Below the pieces are notes generated by a model. It saw nothing but the letters and a program-made list of their open reading frames with translations, was not told the DNA's origin and did no database searches. Below are positions 1 to 12,595 of a DNA stretch of 64,000 bases, in pieces. How positions within the stretch are numbered: position 1 is the stretch's first letter; the number at the start of each line of letters is the position of its first letter. Where the stretch lies: positions 28,892,001 through 28,956,000 of the forward strand of contig NW_025963857.1 in assembly GCF_023055435.1 (NCBI RefSeq). Reading direction: 5' to 3'. A program made the translations under genes and the position numbers. This stretch comes from Haliotis rufescens. Taxonomy: Eukaryota.

Positions 1-494
1 CGCTTAAACCAGGGGAATATGCTCGATGCTTCCTTGGTATTGGTAGCAATATTATTAGTTATGGTGTCTTTAGTTTGCCGTATACGGTGTCATATTAGGT
101 GAGCAGGAAAATATTTTCCTTCTTACACAATATGACAACCTTCACACAGGCCATAATTGAAGAGTTCTGTGGAACAAGCCTGGCTGTATTATCTCGATTT
201 TACATTAAGTTGTAAAAGAAATAAATGGAAAAATACTTAAATGACTGTGAACATAATATTTTGATGAGTTTTTGATCAATTCCATATTTTATAATCAACC
301 TGTCTTTTTGCTTTTTCCGTGGTTACCAACGAAAACTGAATAATTTAACAAAAATCCTTCCGTACGATTGTGTGTGTATAATGTGTGAATCAGAAGTAAA
401 GTCATTGGGCATAGTTTGAGCGGGGTGCTTAAAAGGGAAAACAGGGTACATGTACATGTATTTGTCAGGTGGTAATTGTGAATGGACATGTCTT

Positions 495-750
495 CGGGAA
501 GATCCGGAGTGGAATAGGTCTTCAGCAACCCATGCTTGTCGTAAGAGGCGACTAACGATATCGGGTGGTCAGGCTCGCTGACTTGGTTAATGCATGTCAT
601 CGTATCCCAATTGCGTGGATCGATGCTCATGATGTCAATCACTAGATTGTCTGGTCCAGACTCGATGACTTACAGACCGTCGTCATCGAGCTGGAATTTT
701 GCTGAGTGCGGCGTTGAACAACCAACCAACCAACCAACCAACCAACCAAT
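495..750 (+). mobile_element. SINE-like family C (CCCATGCTTGTCGTAAGAGGCGACTAA core, Nin-domain-like; CAAC tail)
   Basis: Dispersed ~260-bp repeat with many copies in the window. The Nin-domain assignment is from recall of the core motif. Confidence 0.85.
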
Positions 751-830
751 CAGAACAGCGTTATTATATACTGAAGAAAAAATGCTTAGTAATCATGGAT
801 AGTTTTAGGGACATTTTTTTTATAGTGAAG

Positions 831-989
831 TGAGTATATGGTTTTACGCCGCTTTAAGCAATATTACAGCAACATCACGGCGGGGGACACCAGAAATGGG
901 CTTTACACATTGTACCCATGTGGGGATTCGAACCCGGGTCTTCGGCGTGACGAGCGAACGCTTTAACCACTAGGCTACCCGACCGCCCC
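831..989 (-). mobile_element. SINE family A (tRNA-Asp-like head, ~165 bp, ACTC tail)
   Basis: Box A TAGCCTAGTGG, GTC anticodon loop, box B GGTTCGAATCC. TSD TTTTATAGTGAAG at 818-830 and 990-1002. Confidence 0.9.
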
Positions 990-1245
990 TTTTATAGTGA
1001 AGACAAAACACACAATTATAATATAATATCCCCAAAAATATTAATTATCCCTAACTTGTGTGTTCAGTATATGTGGGCATTGCCATCAATAGAGAAGCTA
1101 TTATGTGGTGGAAGTTCCATGTCATCTAAAACGAATCGATTTAGAGAAAATATTTCTCCTCTTGTCCCCGAATATCTCCTAAAAAAAAGAAATAGCCACA
1201 GGCTGTAAAATATCATCTACGTAGATGAAAGCATCATCTTCGTAG

Positions 1246-1513
1246 TTGGTTGGTTTTTGTTGTTTTACGCCGCACTCAGCAATATTCCAGCTATATGACG
1301 GCGGTCTGTAAATAGTCTAGTGTGGACCAGACAATCCAGTGATTTACACCATGACAATCGATCCACGCAATTGGGACCGATGAAATGCATCAACCAAGTC
1401 AGCGAGCCCGACCACCCGATCCCGTTTGTCGCCTTTTACGACAGGCATTGTCGGCTTTTACGGCAAGCATGGGTTGCTGAAGACCTATTCTACCCCGTGT
1501 CTTTACGGGTCAC
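1246..1513 (-). mobile_element. SINE-like family C
   Basis: TSD CATCTTCGTAG at 1235-1245 and 1514-1524. Confidence 0.88.
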
Positions 1514-1747
1514 CATCTTCGTAGATGATACTGCTTACATCTTGGTATCAATATTGTCTCGAGTTATCGACACTAGTTTGCTTTACTTTTAACCAATTTT
1601 CGAACTGCGTAACTTCATAAACGTTTAGTTCAATAATTTCTCCTCGAGTTTTATGCAAAGTAGTTCGAAAGACGCTTCATTCCAGTTACGATTCCATAGT
1701 GGGCAAAGTTTTATTTTCGATCCCTTTCTCGAGCCCATCCATATTAA

Positions 1748-1753
1748 TGTGTG

Positions 1754-1795
<42 letters not shown>
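1748..1795. repeat. (GT)n microsatellite
   Basis: Direct inspection. Confidence 0.95.
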
Positions 1796-1797
<2 letters not shown>

Positions 1798-2067
1798 TGA
1801 GTGAGTTGGGTTTAACGCCGCTTTTACCAGTATTACAGTTATATCACGGCGTGACAGCTTAATGTGGGAGGAAAGCCCGAAGTGATGCAGGTCTCAGACG
1901 TTTACCACTGCGGTGAAACCCACGAGCACGGGTATGGTGCTGACAAACCTAGAAACATAATCGGGGCGAACCGGGTTCGAACCCACAATCATAGGTTTCT
2001 GGCGTGCCCAAGGGACACAACTCTGCACAGCGAATCGCGGCCAGCCTTACTGGCCCACCCGTGCCCC
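1794..2067 (-). mobile_element. SINE family B
   Basis: Reverse complement of 16568-16864. Confidence 0.88.
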
Positions 2068-2810
2068 CTTTTAAACCTGTGAATAGGACATAAAGTGTGA
2101 GTACCTTCATAATAGCAACCAAACAGTTTCTGTACTACCTAAGACGCCTGTAGTATCATCAACAAATTGGGAGAGCAAATAATCAATGTTGCCAAGGGAT
2201 GCCAAGGTTACCGCCCGTAATAAAAAGATATATGGAGATAAAGGCGACATCCTTTAGAGTATGTCAGATTCTCTGTTGATAAGATTCCCTCAACTTTTAT
2301 GATCGGAAATGACATGTTAAATAAACTTCAAGATCTTATCACCAATATTGAATCAAGTGAAAAAACACGGAACGATATAGACATGCCATACAAGGACTTT
2401 TGTTATATTTTCAAGAGTGAGATGGACTCAAAACAACAAAGGTAGACATAGGTAGATATAATGCGATTCTATAGATGTAAACACATTTTATGATACATTT
2501 GTGAGGTTAAGGTTGATTTTGACAGCCCGGGCCAAGTTGGGCCGAAGACAGACGAAATATTTTTGATATAAATATGTTGAGAATGTAGAGGGAAAATATT
2601 GCTTCACTTTGAGCAACGTGTTTGCTTTAAATACCACGATCTGTGACACTATAAAGTGTCATATAGGTAGTTAGCAACTGGCATGCCAATATCGGATGCT
2701 AGTGATTTAAAAATATAGTACAGTTTCTTTTGGACGCTAGTTAGGTTGGAGTATTGCTGATAACAATTAAAAAAACAAATTAACAAACATACCATATGGA
2801 ACATATGTTC

Positions 2811-2850
2811 CATACATACATACATACATACATACATACATTCCTACATA
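2811..2850. repeat. (CATA)n microsatellite
   Basis: Direct inspection. Confidence 0.9.
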
Positions 2851-3119
2851 CAGACATGCATGCATGCATAAAATGTAAAGTTCCCACTGTTTTAATATTC
2901 TATCTTGTCAGTTAAATTATATCAGGATAATTCATCTTGTGCAGTAGTTCATTGTGTCCTGGTGTCATTTGTACTAACACACTGGTAGTTCAAATGTTGG
3001 ATTCAATATATGATCATTGTTTGTCATTGTAAAAAAAGATAGCACTTGATAATATTTCTGTAAAACATGTCCAGTCATACAAACAGATAAATCATGTTGA
3101 ATTTCATGTGTCGTATGAG

Positions 3120-3197
<78 letters not shown>

Positions 3198-3360
3198 CAT
3201 TGAATACATTGCACATTCCCACTGTTTAGATAGTTTTGTGTCAATAAATTCTATCATAACTTTCTCTGTGTCTTCAATCTCAAACGGTTGATCATTCTGG
3301 CCGAAGAGAGTAGACGAGCTTTCTGTAATGTTCGTTAAAAGCAAGATATCAAGCATTGAT
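2850..3360 (-). mobile_element. Possible LINE ORF2 3' relic interrupted by a (CA)n(TA)n microsatellite; possible further LINE piece at ~2250-2430 (+)
   Basis: Weak resemblance of broken frames (KLSKQWECAM..; VLSFFTMTNNDH) to post-RT regions of CR1/L2-group LINEs. Confidence 0.35.
3121..3193. repeat. Compound (CA)n(TA)n microsatellite
   Basis: Direct inspection. Confidence 0.95.
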
Positions 3361-3550
3361 AAATTAAATCTGTTCCAAAGATCAACTGCTTGATAACAAT
3401 TTCTGTACCACCAGTTGTTTCTCGTGGCCGTTTGTCATAACTGCCTGACGAAGTATACAGTCGGTATGGTTCACAAGCAAGTTGTGCAGTACATTAATTT
3501 CCATGTTCAATTAATCAATGTTAAATATTATCCGTGTGTTTATTCACATA

Positions 3551-5351
3551 CTATTCAAATCTGAAAACTTTCACGTACGTATAGCTGGAAACATACAGCA
3601 GACCATCATCATCCAGACAGATGCCAACAGGATACTCAGGGCAATACAGTGGTTTGAAAACATCTCTGACAAACTGCCCCGACTCTGTCAGCTGAATTAC
3701 CCTGTTGGAGCCACTGTCTACAAGCAGGATGTCGCCTGTGCTGGTTGATGTGATACCTCCGGGATATTTCAGAGCTTTGTTTCCTGTGGGAGTGTAGGTG
3801 AAAACAATTTTGCCTTCACTGGTCACAGATACCAGGGATTTTACTGTCCATTCACTAACCAACAAGCTGTTATTCCTCGTAACGTGAATATAGAAGGGGT
3901 TCTTTATCACACCTGTGTTGATAGATTTAAGAACATTCCCTTTCATATCCAGCACGTCAACAGAGGCACGACTGTCGTTACCACCTGCTACCAGTTGTGA
4001 AGAGTTCAGACAGGCTAACCCATAATACATCTTCTTTGTCTTCACAGTTGAGAGTAATGAAGGCTCAGGGTCAAAGTTGATGAAAGCTATTTGTCGTGAG
4101 GCTGGCAGAGTAACAGCTGCCAAAGCTTCACCCACCTTAGCTACTCGACTTGGACCAGTGGGAAGATCGAGACATTTCTGGATGAATGTTTTGTTTGAAG
4201 TATAACATGCATGAAGTCTACTGATTGAATTATCTGTCACAACAGTTACCTTGATACCATGAACAGTCAAAACTGCAACATCATTCAATGCACCGTACGT
4301 GTGTCCCTGCCTGCTGCAGTCAATTGTTTGCAGGGGACGCCGAGCAATTCCGATCTTCAGCTCATCCAAAGATCTCCTCAGCTTGGGGAGTTCGATGGTC
4401 AGAATGCTTTCAAAATCCGATCGTATTGATGACATCTTATCAGTGTAAGTTTTACTCTCCCTCAATTGGTTCCTTGTTTGATTGATCCGAGTTTCTTTTA
4501 CAAGAGGCGTCATGGCATCAATGGTTTCAACATCATCACACTTCCTGTGTTTGATGCTGCAGCATACAGTACAAATTGCCATCCTGCAATCTTTGCAAAA
4601 CAGTTTTATCTTCTCGTCCTTGTGAATTCTGCACATAGAGCTTGGAACCTTTGGTTTCCTATTCCGTAAGTCAATCACTTTATGGTCACGTAACCTTGGC
4701 ACCCTATTGTGCTTCATGACACACCCATCACAGAAAACATCGTCACAAATGGTGCACAACATGGTGGCTGGAGTTGTGTCCCCATCTCGTTTGCACACAC
4801 CACAGACATCAAGATCTGAACATAAAACACGATTTACTGATTATTTATTCAATTCAAACACGTCCACATAAATATATATTTTGTAAGCACCAGACTCAAG
4901 AGACAGAACATAATAATTATAAAATGTCTCGATTTTTCGCCGAAGCCTATTCTATTGGTCTCAAAAGATAAACAGTCAACAACACATGAAAGGATCACTG
5001 AGAACCAGTGATGACACCAGGGCAATCTTAAACGTTTCTTAAAGCGTATTATAATTAAATACCTTGCGATCCCACCAAATCGTCTATCAGGCCCTGTATG
5101 ACGTGGCTTGGTTTCAGACAATTGACCCATTCATGTACTGATCTGTCAGGAGTGGCCACCCTCGTCAGTTGTCTGCAGGAGGGACATGGAATGGATCTGG
5201 CTTGTATTGCTCCTGGCTGTGTTTTGGTGTATTTCAGCAGACACGACTTACAGAATGTGTGATTGCACTGAAGTGATGCAGGGTCTGTGAACACCTCTCT
5301 ACAGATGACACAGGTCAGATGGTTGTCTGTTATCCTTTTAGCGACGGCCAT
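3551..5351 (-). CDS. TRIM gene copy 1 (RING, B-box1, B-box2, shortened coiled coil, NHL-like propeller); join(5063..5351, 3551..4815), 517 aa
   Basis: RING exon MAVAKRITDNHLTCVIC..CNHTFCKSC..CPSC. Donor AAG|GTATTT at 5063/5062 and acceptor TTCAG|AT at 4816/4815 join in frame (phase 1) to the 3551..4798 ORF. That ORF has two B-boxes and NHL-like repeats (YPGGITSTSTGDILLVD, PVGICLDDDGLLYVS). No internal stop. Confidence 0.9.
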
Positions 5352-5687
5352 ATCTAATGGAAACATTAATATAAAGCGTTAAGACGGACCAGTTTCCATT
5401 GGACATAAAAGGCAAAATAGCGGTGATACATTCTATGAATGGATCACTTACAATCAGTAATGACACAGGTGTTTGAGGGTATTCCAAGGCAGATCAAGGA
5501 CAGGTCCCCAATATCCGATGCTTGTCACAAGATGATTTAAATGAGGGGGCTGCAATGTGTCACCTTCATTGAGAGTGTGGCATCGTTCACCAGCGACATG
5601 GGTTTTATTCATGCTATAAACAAGTGTTTGGCTGTGACTCCATTGAGTTTACTGGACACAAGCATGTATTTTGCATATTTGAAAAGC

Positions 5688-5690
<3 letters not shown>

Positions 5691-5752
<62 letters not shown>
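5691..5752. repeat. (AC)n microsatellite
   Basis: Direct inspection. Confidence 0.95.
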
Positions 5753-5754
<2 letters not shown>

Positions 5755-5955
5755 TAAATAATCGAGTCTGGACTAGACAATCGAGTGATTGACATCATGA
5801 GCATCGATCTACGCAATTGGGATACGATGACATGCATCACCCAAGTCAGCGAGCCTGACAACCCTATCCCGTTTGTCGCCTCTTGCGACAAGTAAATTCG
5901 CCTCCTACGACATGCATGAGTTGCTGAAGACATTTTCTAACCCGGATCTTCACGG
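5752..5955 (-). mobile_element. SINE-like family C in the 5' intron of copy 1 (further partial copies at ~6741-6985, ~7295-7462, ~8405-8592, ~11960-12120)
   Basis: Homologous to 495-750. Confidence 0.8.
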
Positions 5956-6169
5956 ATAATAGGTACATAAGTATAAACACTACCACCACTGCATTACTCT
6001 GTTCAGATATGACTGTTTGGTGTCACAAATACGTGATATATACAACATTATGATTGCATTGTCTTAGAAGACCCAATAGTTCATTTCACATGTCACATTT
6101 GTTTCAACCTTCAAGTCAGGACATTTGAGACTGAATTTTCAAGCTTCTTTCGTTATCGAATTGCAATTT

Positions 6170-6380
6170 ACCTTGATGTCGACTATACTTCAAATCTGTG
6201 AGTGCTTTTAAGACGAGTCGTGTGTAATAGATCAACAGTGACCAAGTGTTTTACCTTTACAGGTACTGCAACATGGACGAGCACTCGAGGTAAACAACGT
6301 CTCACTTCCTGGCTGACGCTTCACTGATGATCACGTGGTTATACCTGCTCGGCGTTAATGTATGCGATCACGTGACACGC
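6170..6380 (-). promoter_or_regulatory. Putative promoter / non-coding first exon of copy 1: twin E-boxes, ETS site, splice donors
   Basis: TCACGTG at 6331 and TCACGTGA at 6368; CCAGGAAGTG (minus) at 6303-6312; AAG|GTAAA donors at 6255 and 6172. The module is conserved upstream of the other copies. Confidence 0.6.
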
Positions 6381-6984
6381 GATACTCCATCACTGTGACA
6401 TACTTTCTCAGAGCAGCTGTGAGCTGTCAGCTGTTATATCATATTGAGAGAGTTTAGTTTGAAGAAGTATGATTGGAATGGCAAGTACAATGCTTCTCTA
6501 CACCTAATCTGTAAAATCCACTGTGGTTAATGCTCAGATACCATGTATGAAATACACACAAGACAATACAATATATTATGTATAATTCAAATTTGATCAG
6601 CTATGTGCAATTTTCTTACATAAGATTCCCACTAACTTCATAATGGACACTTTATTACTATAAATCTGTAATTTCAACCTGTGTACGTTAAACTAAATAC
6701 ATACTTTTTATTCGTACACTGGTATCTAAGTGTACTGTTTGCTTGTTTGTTCGTCAGCAATATTCCAGCTGTATGACGGTGGCCTGTTTTTAATCTGGAC
6801 TGGTATAAACTACCCAGTGATTGATATTGTGAACAACGTTCCACGCCGACGGGGAACGGTAACGCGCTACCCACCAAATCACTGAGTGCGACCACCCGAT
6901 CTACCAAGACGCCTCTAACGACAAACATGAGCCCTTACCTGCAAAGCCGTCATGGAGCTGAAATATTGCTAAGTGCTGCGTTAA

Positions 6985-7147
6985 ACACACACAAATACAC
7001 AGGCATACATACAGACACACACACATACACACAGATACTCACGCATACACAGACACACGCACACACATTCACAGGCACAATCACACAGACAGACACTGAC
7101 ACTTACACACACTTACACACACACACATTCACACACAAACACACACG
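6985..7147. repeat. Degenerate CA-rich simple repeat
   Basis: Direct inspection. Confidence 0.85.
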
Positions 7148-7689
7148 TACCTGAAAGACCACCTGTGTAAGTATAAATGTGACATTTGAAGGTGAAAGGA
7201 CAGGTGATTAATATCATGAACATCGATCGACGCAATGGGGATGACATTCATTTACTCTGGATGTGAATAATGTCTTTCAACTGTTGATGTTTGTTTATTT
7301 GTTTGTTTGCCGCACCAGCAATATTCCATCATGAGAATCGATCCACGTAATTGGGATACGATGACATGCATCAACCAAGTCAGCGAGCCCGACTACCCGC
7401 GTTCTTTAGTCGACTCTTACGACAAGCATAGTCACCTTTCACGGGAAGCATGGGATGCTGAAGAAAAATACAAAGCAAATAAGCACATATAATATATCTG
7501 ATATATCTTGACGCCCATACATATTTAAATGAGTTTGAGTTTTTGAAATGATGTAAACGCTGAGATTGCTATTACATTTCTGGGGAAATCCTGAAAATTC
7601 CTCGCATGTATAAAAACAGAAGCGCTGTTTCCGTTCATTTAGACACTTTAATCTTGAACTCAACGTCTTTTGCATACATTCGACAACGA

Positions 7690-7902
7690 CAGAGTGCTTA
7701 ACTGTGATCGAATATCCTTCCAATCTATGAATTTACAGTGACCTGTCGTATTACAAATACTGCAAGTACAGGATGTCAAACCTCAGAGTACTTAACTGCA
7801 TTCCTGTGATCGAATATCCTTGCAATCTATGAATTTACAGTGATCTGTCGCATTACATTTACAGCAAGTACAGGATGTCAAACGTCAGAGTTCTTAACTG
7901 CA
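7690..7902. repeat. ~100-bp direct tandem duplication
   Basis: TGTGATCGAATATCCTT..CAAGTACAGGATGTCAAAC..CAGAGT.CTTAACTGCA occurs twice. Confidence 0.85.
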
Positions 7903-9145
7903 TGCCCTAACGCCCTGACGTCATTCTGATCGTGAGAGTAAAGTAATAGACAAACTGTAACGGGGGCCCTTTAAAGTGAGACCGACGGTAGGTGTTGATA
8001 TATCTGTCTGCGAGTGAAGCAGGAAACTGTAAATCGTAACTGACACTGTCGTGTCCGTTAAACTGAACTTATGAATGCAATGCATAGAAACCAAACAATC
8101 CTTTCCTCTGGTCTTTTCAAGTCTGTCAACAGTTATATTTAGTGTGTTTGGTTAAACGGTAGAGCTAACCAGTTATAGTGGCAGAGAGATTAGGGTGTCA
8201 TTTGAGTGTGATGTCATGGTAACCAATGAAGTCACAATGGTCTGCAACGCATTGTGATGCAATTAAATTGCAGCGATATCTTCAGTGTAGATATCGCTTG
8301 ATCTCATCCAAGCGATATCTCCTGTGGGAGCCAGTTTTGGATGATAAATCACCATTTGAATGTGAATCTTACAATCATCACTTAACCCGCGGACACTCTG
8401 AGTTAAAATAGGTCCCCAGCAGCAGGCTGTTTGAAAGAGGCGAGTAATTAGATGCCATCGTATCCCAATTGCGTAGATCGATGCTCATGATGTCAATCGC
8501 TGAATTGTCTGGTCCAGACTCGATTATTTATAAACCGACGTAATATTGCTGGGCGCGACGTTAAACAACAACAAAAACAAACAAACAAACCAATGTACAA
8601 TATTTACATTTTAAACAGCAGTGTAACTGCTTGGAGTTATGCAATATGACATGGTGAAATACTGATAAAGGGACGTAACTCTGATAACACTATGCCAATG
8701 TTTGCAGCACTGTAAACAATACACTTCCCACTCCGTATGAACTACACATTACACAGTACAATAAATCATGTCAAATTCAAATTCTATTTGCAATGCTCCA
8801 TTTTATAACACATGCAAAATACCCGTTTCCTCCTGAAATACATAGACTGTAAACTTTACATAACACGGTTTAGACAGGACTTGTGACCATAGCTCTGTAT
8901 ATGTTTAACCTATGTTGAACTAAATACATAATTGACAAATAAACACTGATCTTTAATTAACTTCTAATATTAAGGAACATCGCCTTTTTAAGAATAACTA
9001 AACACGTGCTTCAAGTGTAGATGACAATGTCACAAATGATGATTATTTCCGCCAGTGACCCCTTGGGTAGACAGTGACCTCCTGGTTGTGGTCACCTGTC
9101 ACTGATGATCACGTGATACAAAGTTGCTGTGCGAGGAGGAGGAGG

Positions 9146-9640
9146 TGTGTGATCACCTGACGCATTAAATCTGACGTTAACAGCTGGGATCTGTCAACAG
9201 TGTTCATATCCAGCATAACGGTATCTATATTGAATATATACATAGTTATACAACTAAACATCTCTATATGAGGTTATTTGGTGTTGTTTGGGGTGTGTCT
9301 GTGTGCTCACGTAACGCATGAAATCTGGCGTTAACAGCTGGGATCTGTCAACAGTGTTCATATCCAGCATAACTGTATCTATATTGAATATATACATAGT
9401 TATACAACTAAACATATCTATATGAGGTTATTTGGTGTTGTTTGGGGTGTGTCTGTGTGATCACGTAACGCATGAAATCTGACGTTAACAGCTGGGATCT
9501 GTCAACAGTGTTCTCACCCAGCATAGCTGTATCTATATTGAAATTATACATAGTTGTAAACTAAACTGATCTACATGAGGTTATTTGGAGTTATTTAGGG
9601 GTGTGGGAGTGGGTGTGATCACTTGACCCATTGAATCTGA
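9146..9640. repeat. 154-bp tandem repeat (~3.2 units) attached to an orphan TRIM promoter copy (9060-9160)
   Basis: CAGCTGGGATCTGTCAACAGTG at 9181, 9335 and 9489. The unit resembles 15940-16035. Confidence 0.9.
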
Positions 9641-10146
9641 TTGTGTGTCATCATTGTCCATGTTATTCACTGCTTGTTAGTTTATTTCAATAACAGAAAG
9701 CACACATTTGGGGAATGGAAGTCGGTCTTTTGTGTGACAAGCAGTAGCTCTCAGTGAAGATAACATTGTACAATGATGACCATGTTTGATATGACACATG
9801 ATCGGTTTCTTCATTTCACAAGTTGTGAGGTACAAATAACCGCCTCTGTTGACAAGAGGATGGAGCGTCTGCCCGAGTAGGGTGGTTCGATCACCTGGCA
9901 CTCGGCATTCAGGGGATAACACAAGGTCTGGTCTGATGTAAAACCCAGTTTCACCTCTTCAGTGTTCGCTCCGGCTGAGCTTATAGTATCCAGTGCAAAT
10001 TAGCATCATACTCTATAAGAACGTTACTTTCTCGATACGATGTATTTGTGACAATACACTCTGTAAGCAGTGGCAGTAGTGATGTCGGACATTATCGATC
10101 GAATACCTAGTTTACGATTTCGCAGCTAGGCCTGATTCCTAGTCAG

Positions 10147-10346
10147 CTTAATGTTGGAGGAAAGCCCGAAGTGATGCAGGTCTCAGTGAAACCCACGAGC
10201 AGGGGTATGGTGCTGACAAACCTAGAAACATAATCGGGGCGAACCGGGATTCGAACCCACAATCATAAGTTTCTGGATCGCCCAAGGGACACAAATATGC
10301 AGAGCGAATCGCGGCGCCTTAAACGACTGGGCCACCCGTGCCCCCA
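10147..10346 (-). mobile_element. SINE family B, partial (another decayed copy at ~10698-10875)
   Basis: Homologous to 1860-2067. Confidence 0.8.
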
Positions 10347-11281
10347 GAACCTGAATAAATGTGTATGTATATACAGGTGGTGCCATAACTTCATAATATG
10401 TTTGTGCTGCAAATTTAGAAAACCAAACCTGTCTATTGTCTTACGTGTCGACTGCAGATGGTCCGTTTCTTATTTGCTGGCTTCAGAGTGTCCCCTTTCG
10501 CCGTCGTTGAACTGCGAGTTCAAAGTTCTCTCTGATTTGTCGAGGAGATCTTACTTGTAACACTGTTGGAATGCGCAAAAGTCTCGTTCGCCAAAACTCA
10601 GTCCGACAAACGGACTCAAGACAAAACGGCCCCAAACACTTGCAAAGACGGCCCAATATCATAACTGTATAACAATATTAAAATAAATGATGAATCAGTG
10701 AGTGAGCTGGGTTTAACTCGCTGACAACAACGAGCACGGGTACCTGGTGCTGACAAACCAAGAAACATAATCGAAACAAATCGAGATCCGAATCAACGAT
10801 CATAGGTTTCTGGTGTGCCCAAGGGACGCAACTCTGTTCAGCGAATTACGGCTCCTTTGACAACTGGACCACTCGTTAATTTCCAACTGATATTTATTTA
10901 GATGACTGAGGTTACAACAATTTCCCGCAACAATACTTTTACATCATCACGACGTTTAATTATAAAAATGTAACACAATTAGAGATAAACAGTACTCAAA
11001 GTTCAATATATGATTTACTGATTCCAGGATTGTATTCAGACCAATGTATATAGTTAATTTAACATAGCTTCAAGCATAGACATAACAGTTTCACCATTTG
11101 TGATTGTAATTTGGATCCTGAAATTAAATGAGACTTTATGCTGTTAGTGGTACTACAACTTCATGCCCGAACATCGTGGAGGAAGATCTAGAGTGGATGT
11201 TAATATTATAATGCCAAATTTATAAGCGATATATAGCAATTGTATTAGGCAATTAACCAGCTATACCTACTCACTGACTGG

Positions 11282-11282
<1 letters not shown>

Positions 11283-11329
<47 letters not shown>
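11283..11329. repeat. (TA)n microsatellite
   Basis: Direct inspection. Confidence 0.95.
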
Positions 11330-11331
<2 letters not shown>

Positions 11332-11399
11332 CCATACGGAGAATAATAAGACCATCACATGACCTAAGGACAAAATAATAGCAATGATTTATGTTCAAC

Positions 11400-11580
11400 A
11401 GCTATGACTTTGTGACACCAAGGATGTGACATGAGTGGAGTCACCAGACTTTGAGGTGCTATAGGACGTTGGTTCACACGAATGTTATCCCTTACGTGTT
11501 CCTGAGCACTGAGTTCCGGATTCTCGGCTGGCCAAGTCAGCACCAGCATGCTCCCATTCCTTAAAGCAACCACTGGTACA
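11400..11580 (-). mobile_element. Tc1 transposase C-terminal fragment
   Basis: VLTWPAENPELSAQEHVRD resembles WPAxSPDLxPIEHxWD. Confidence 0.55.
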
Positions 11581-12595
11581 CCAGTTGTGCGTGGGCCTGG
11601 TTGAATTCAAACCAACGACTAATCCTATGCATCTAGTATATGAGGTGCTGCGGGGTTGTGGTGGGCACGACGTTCAAATTCATCCTACATATGATCCATG
11701 AAGCTGAGATCCGAACTTTTAGTTGGCTAAGGCAGTACCCAGGTACGATAAAGAACCCCTTGCCATACAACGGATGAGGTCTGTCCTGTGGCTGTAGGTG
11801 GTGCCATCCATACTAATCCACCAGGTTTCACTGTCTATGCTACACTGCTGGTTTGACTCAGCAATTTGTAAAATCGAGAATCACCCCGATTCGCTAATGC
11901 ACACGAAGCCGTACCCACTAAGTTCTTCAACGTAGGCATTTTTGGGTAAGAATTCATCCCCACCAACCTATGATTGTTGTGAGAAGCGACATATTGGATC
12001 GGGTGGTCAGGCTCGGTGACTTGTTGGACCGCTTCTCATGGTTCCAAACTCCATGGATCGATACACATGATCTTTATACCAAGGAGAGCCATCATATAGC
12101 TTGAATCACTTGCTGACCGCACATTAAATGTTTGTCATCTGCAGTTATCTTGATGTTAAACACTGTCCGATGACGTTTTCATCCTGTAGCTTGCAAACAC
12201 GATTGCCAACTTTTCACCACTTAATCACCTGCAAGGGATTGTCCTAAACTCAACATTCATTTAATTATGAACTGAATCTGTGTCTTAAAGCAACGAATAT
12301 TATCTGACGGTCCTCAATTTACATTTACGTCTGTGACACATTTTCACATCAACGTCACCGTCCATGTGGTGGTGAATGAAGGCTGACAATGACTGCTTGT
12401 TTGGAGTTCTCTCTGGATGCGTTGTTAAACTATCCCTTTCATTTAACAAACTGTTACCTGTGGTTTCTTGGAGCTCTTCGGCTATTTCTCACGTCATTCA
12501 TAAGGTCAGTATGGTTCAAAAGCAAGTTATACATTACAGTAATTTACACCTTCCATTAATCAATATTATACTAAAGTGCTTTATATATTTATACT

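Noticed and set aside
831-989. tRNA-Asp gene (also 21049 and 38141)
   Set aside because: No closed acceptor stem. It continues into a SINE body and tail and is flanked by TSDs.
9146-9640. CRISPR-like array
   Set aside because: The units are contiguous 154-bp tandem copies with no unique spacers, in a eukaryotic context with no cas genes.
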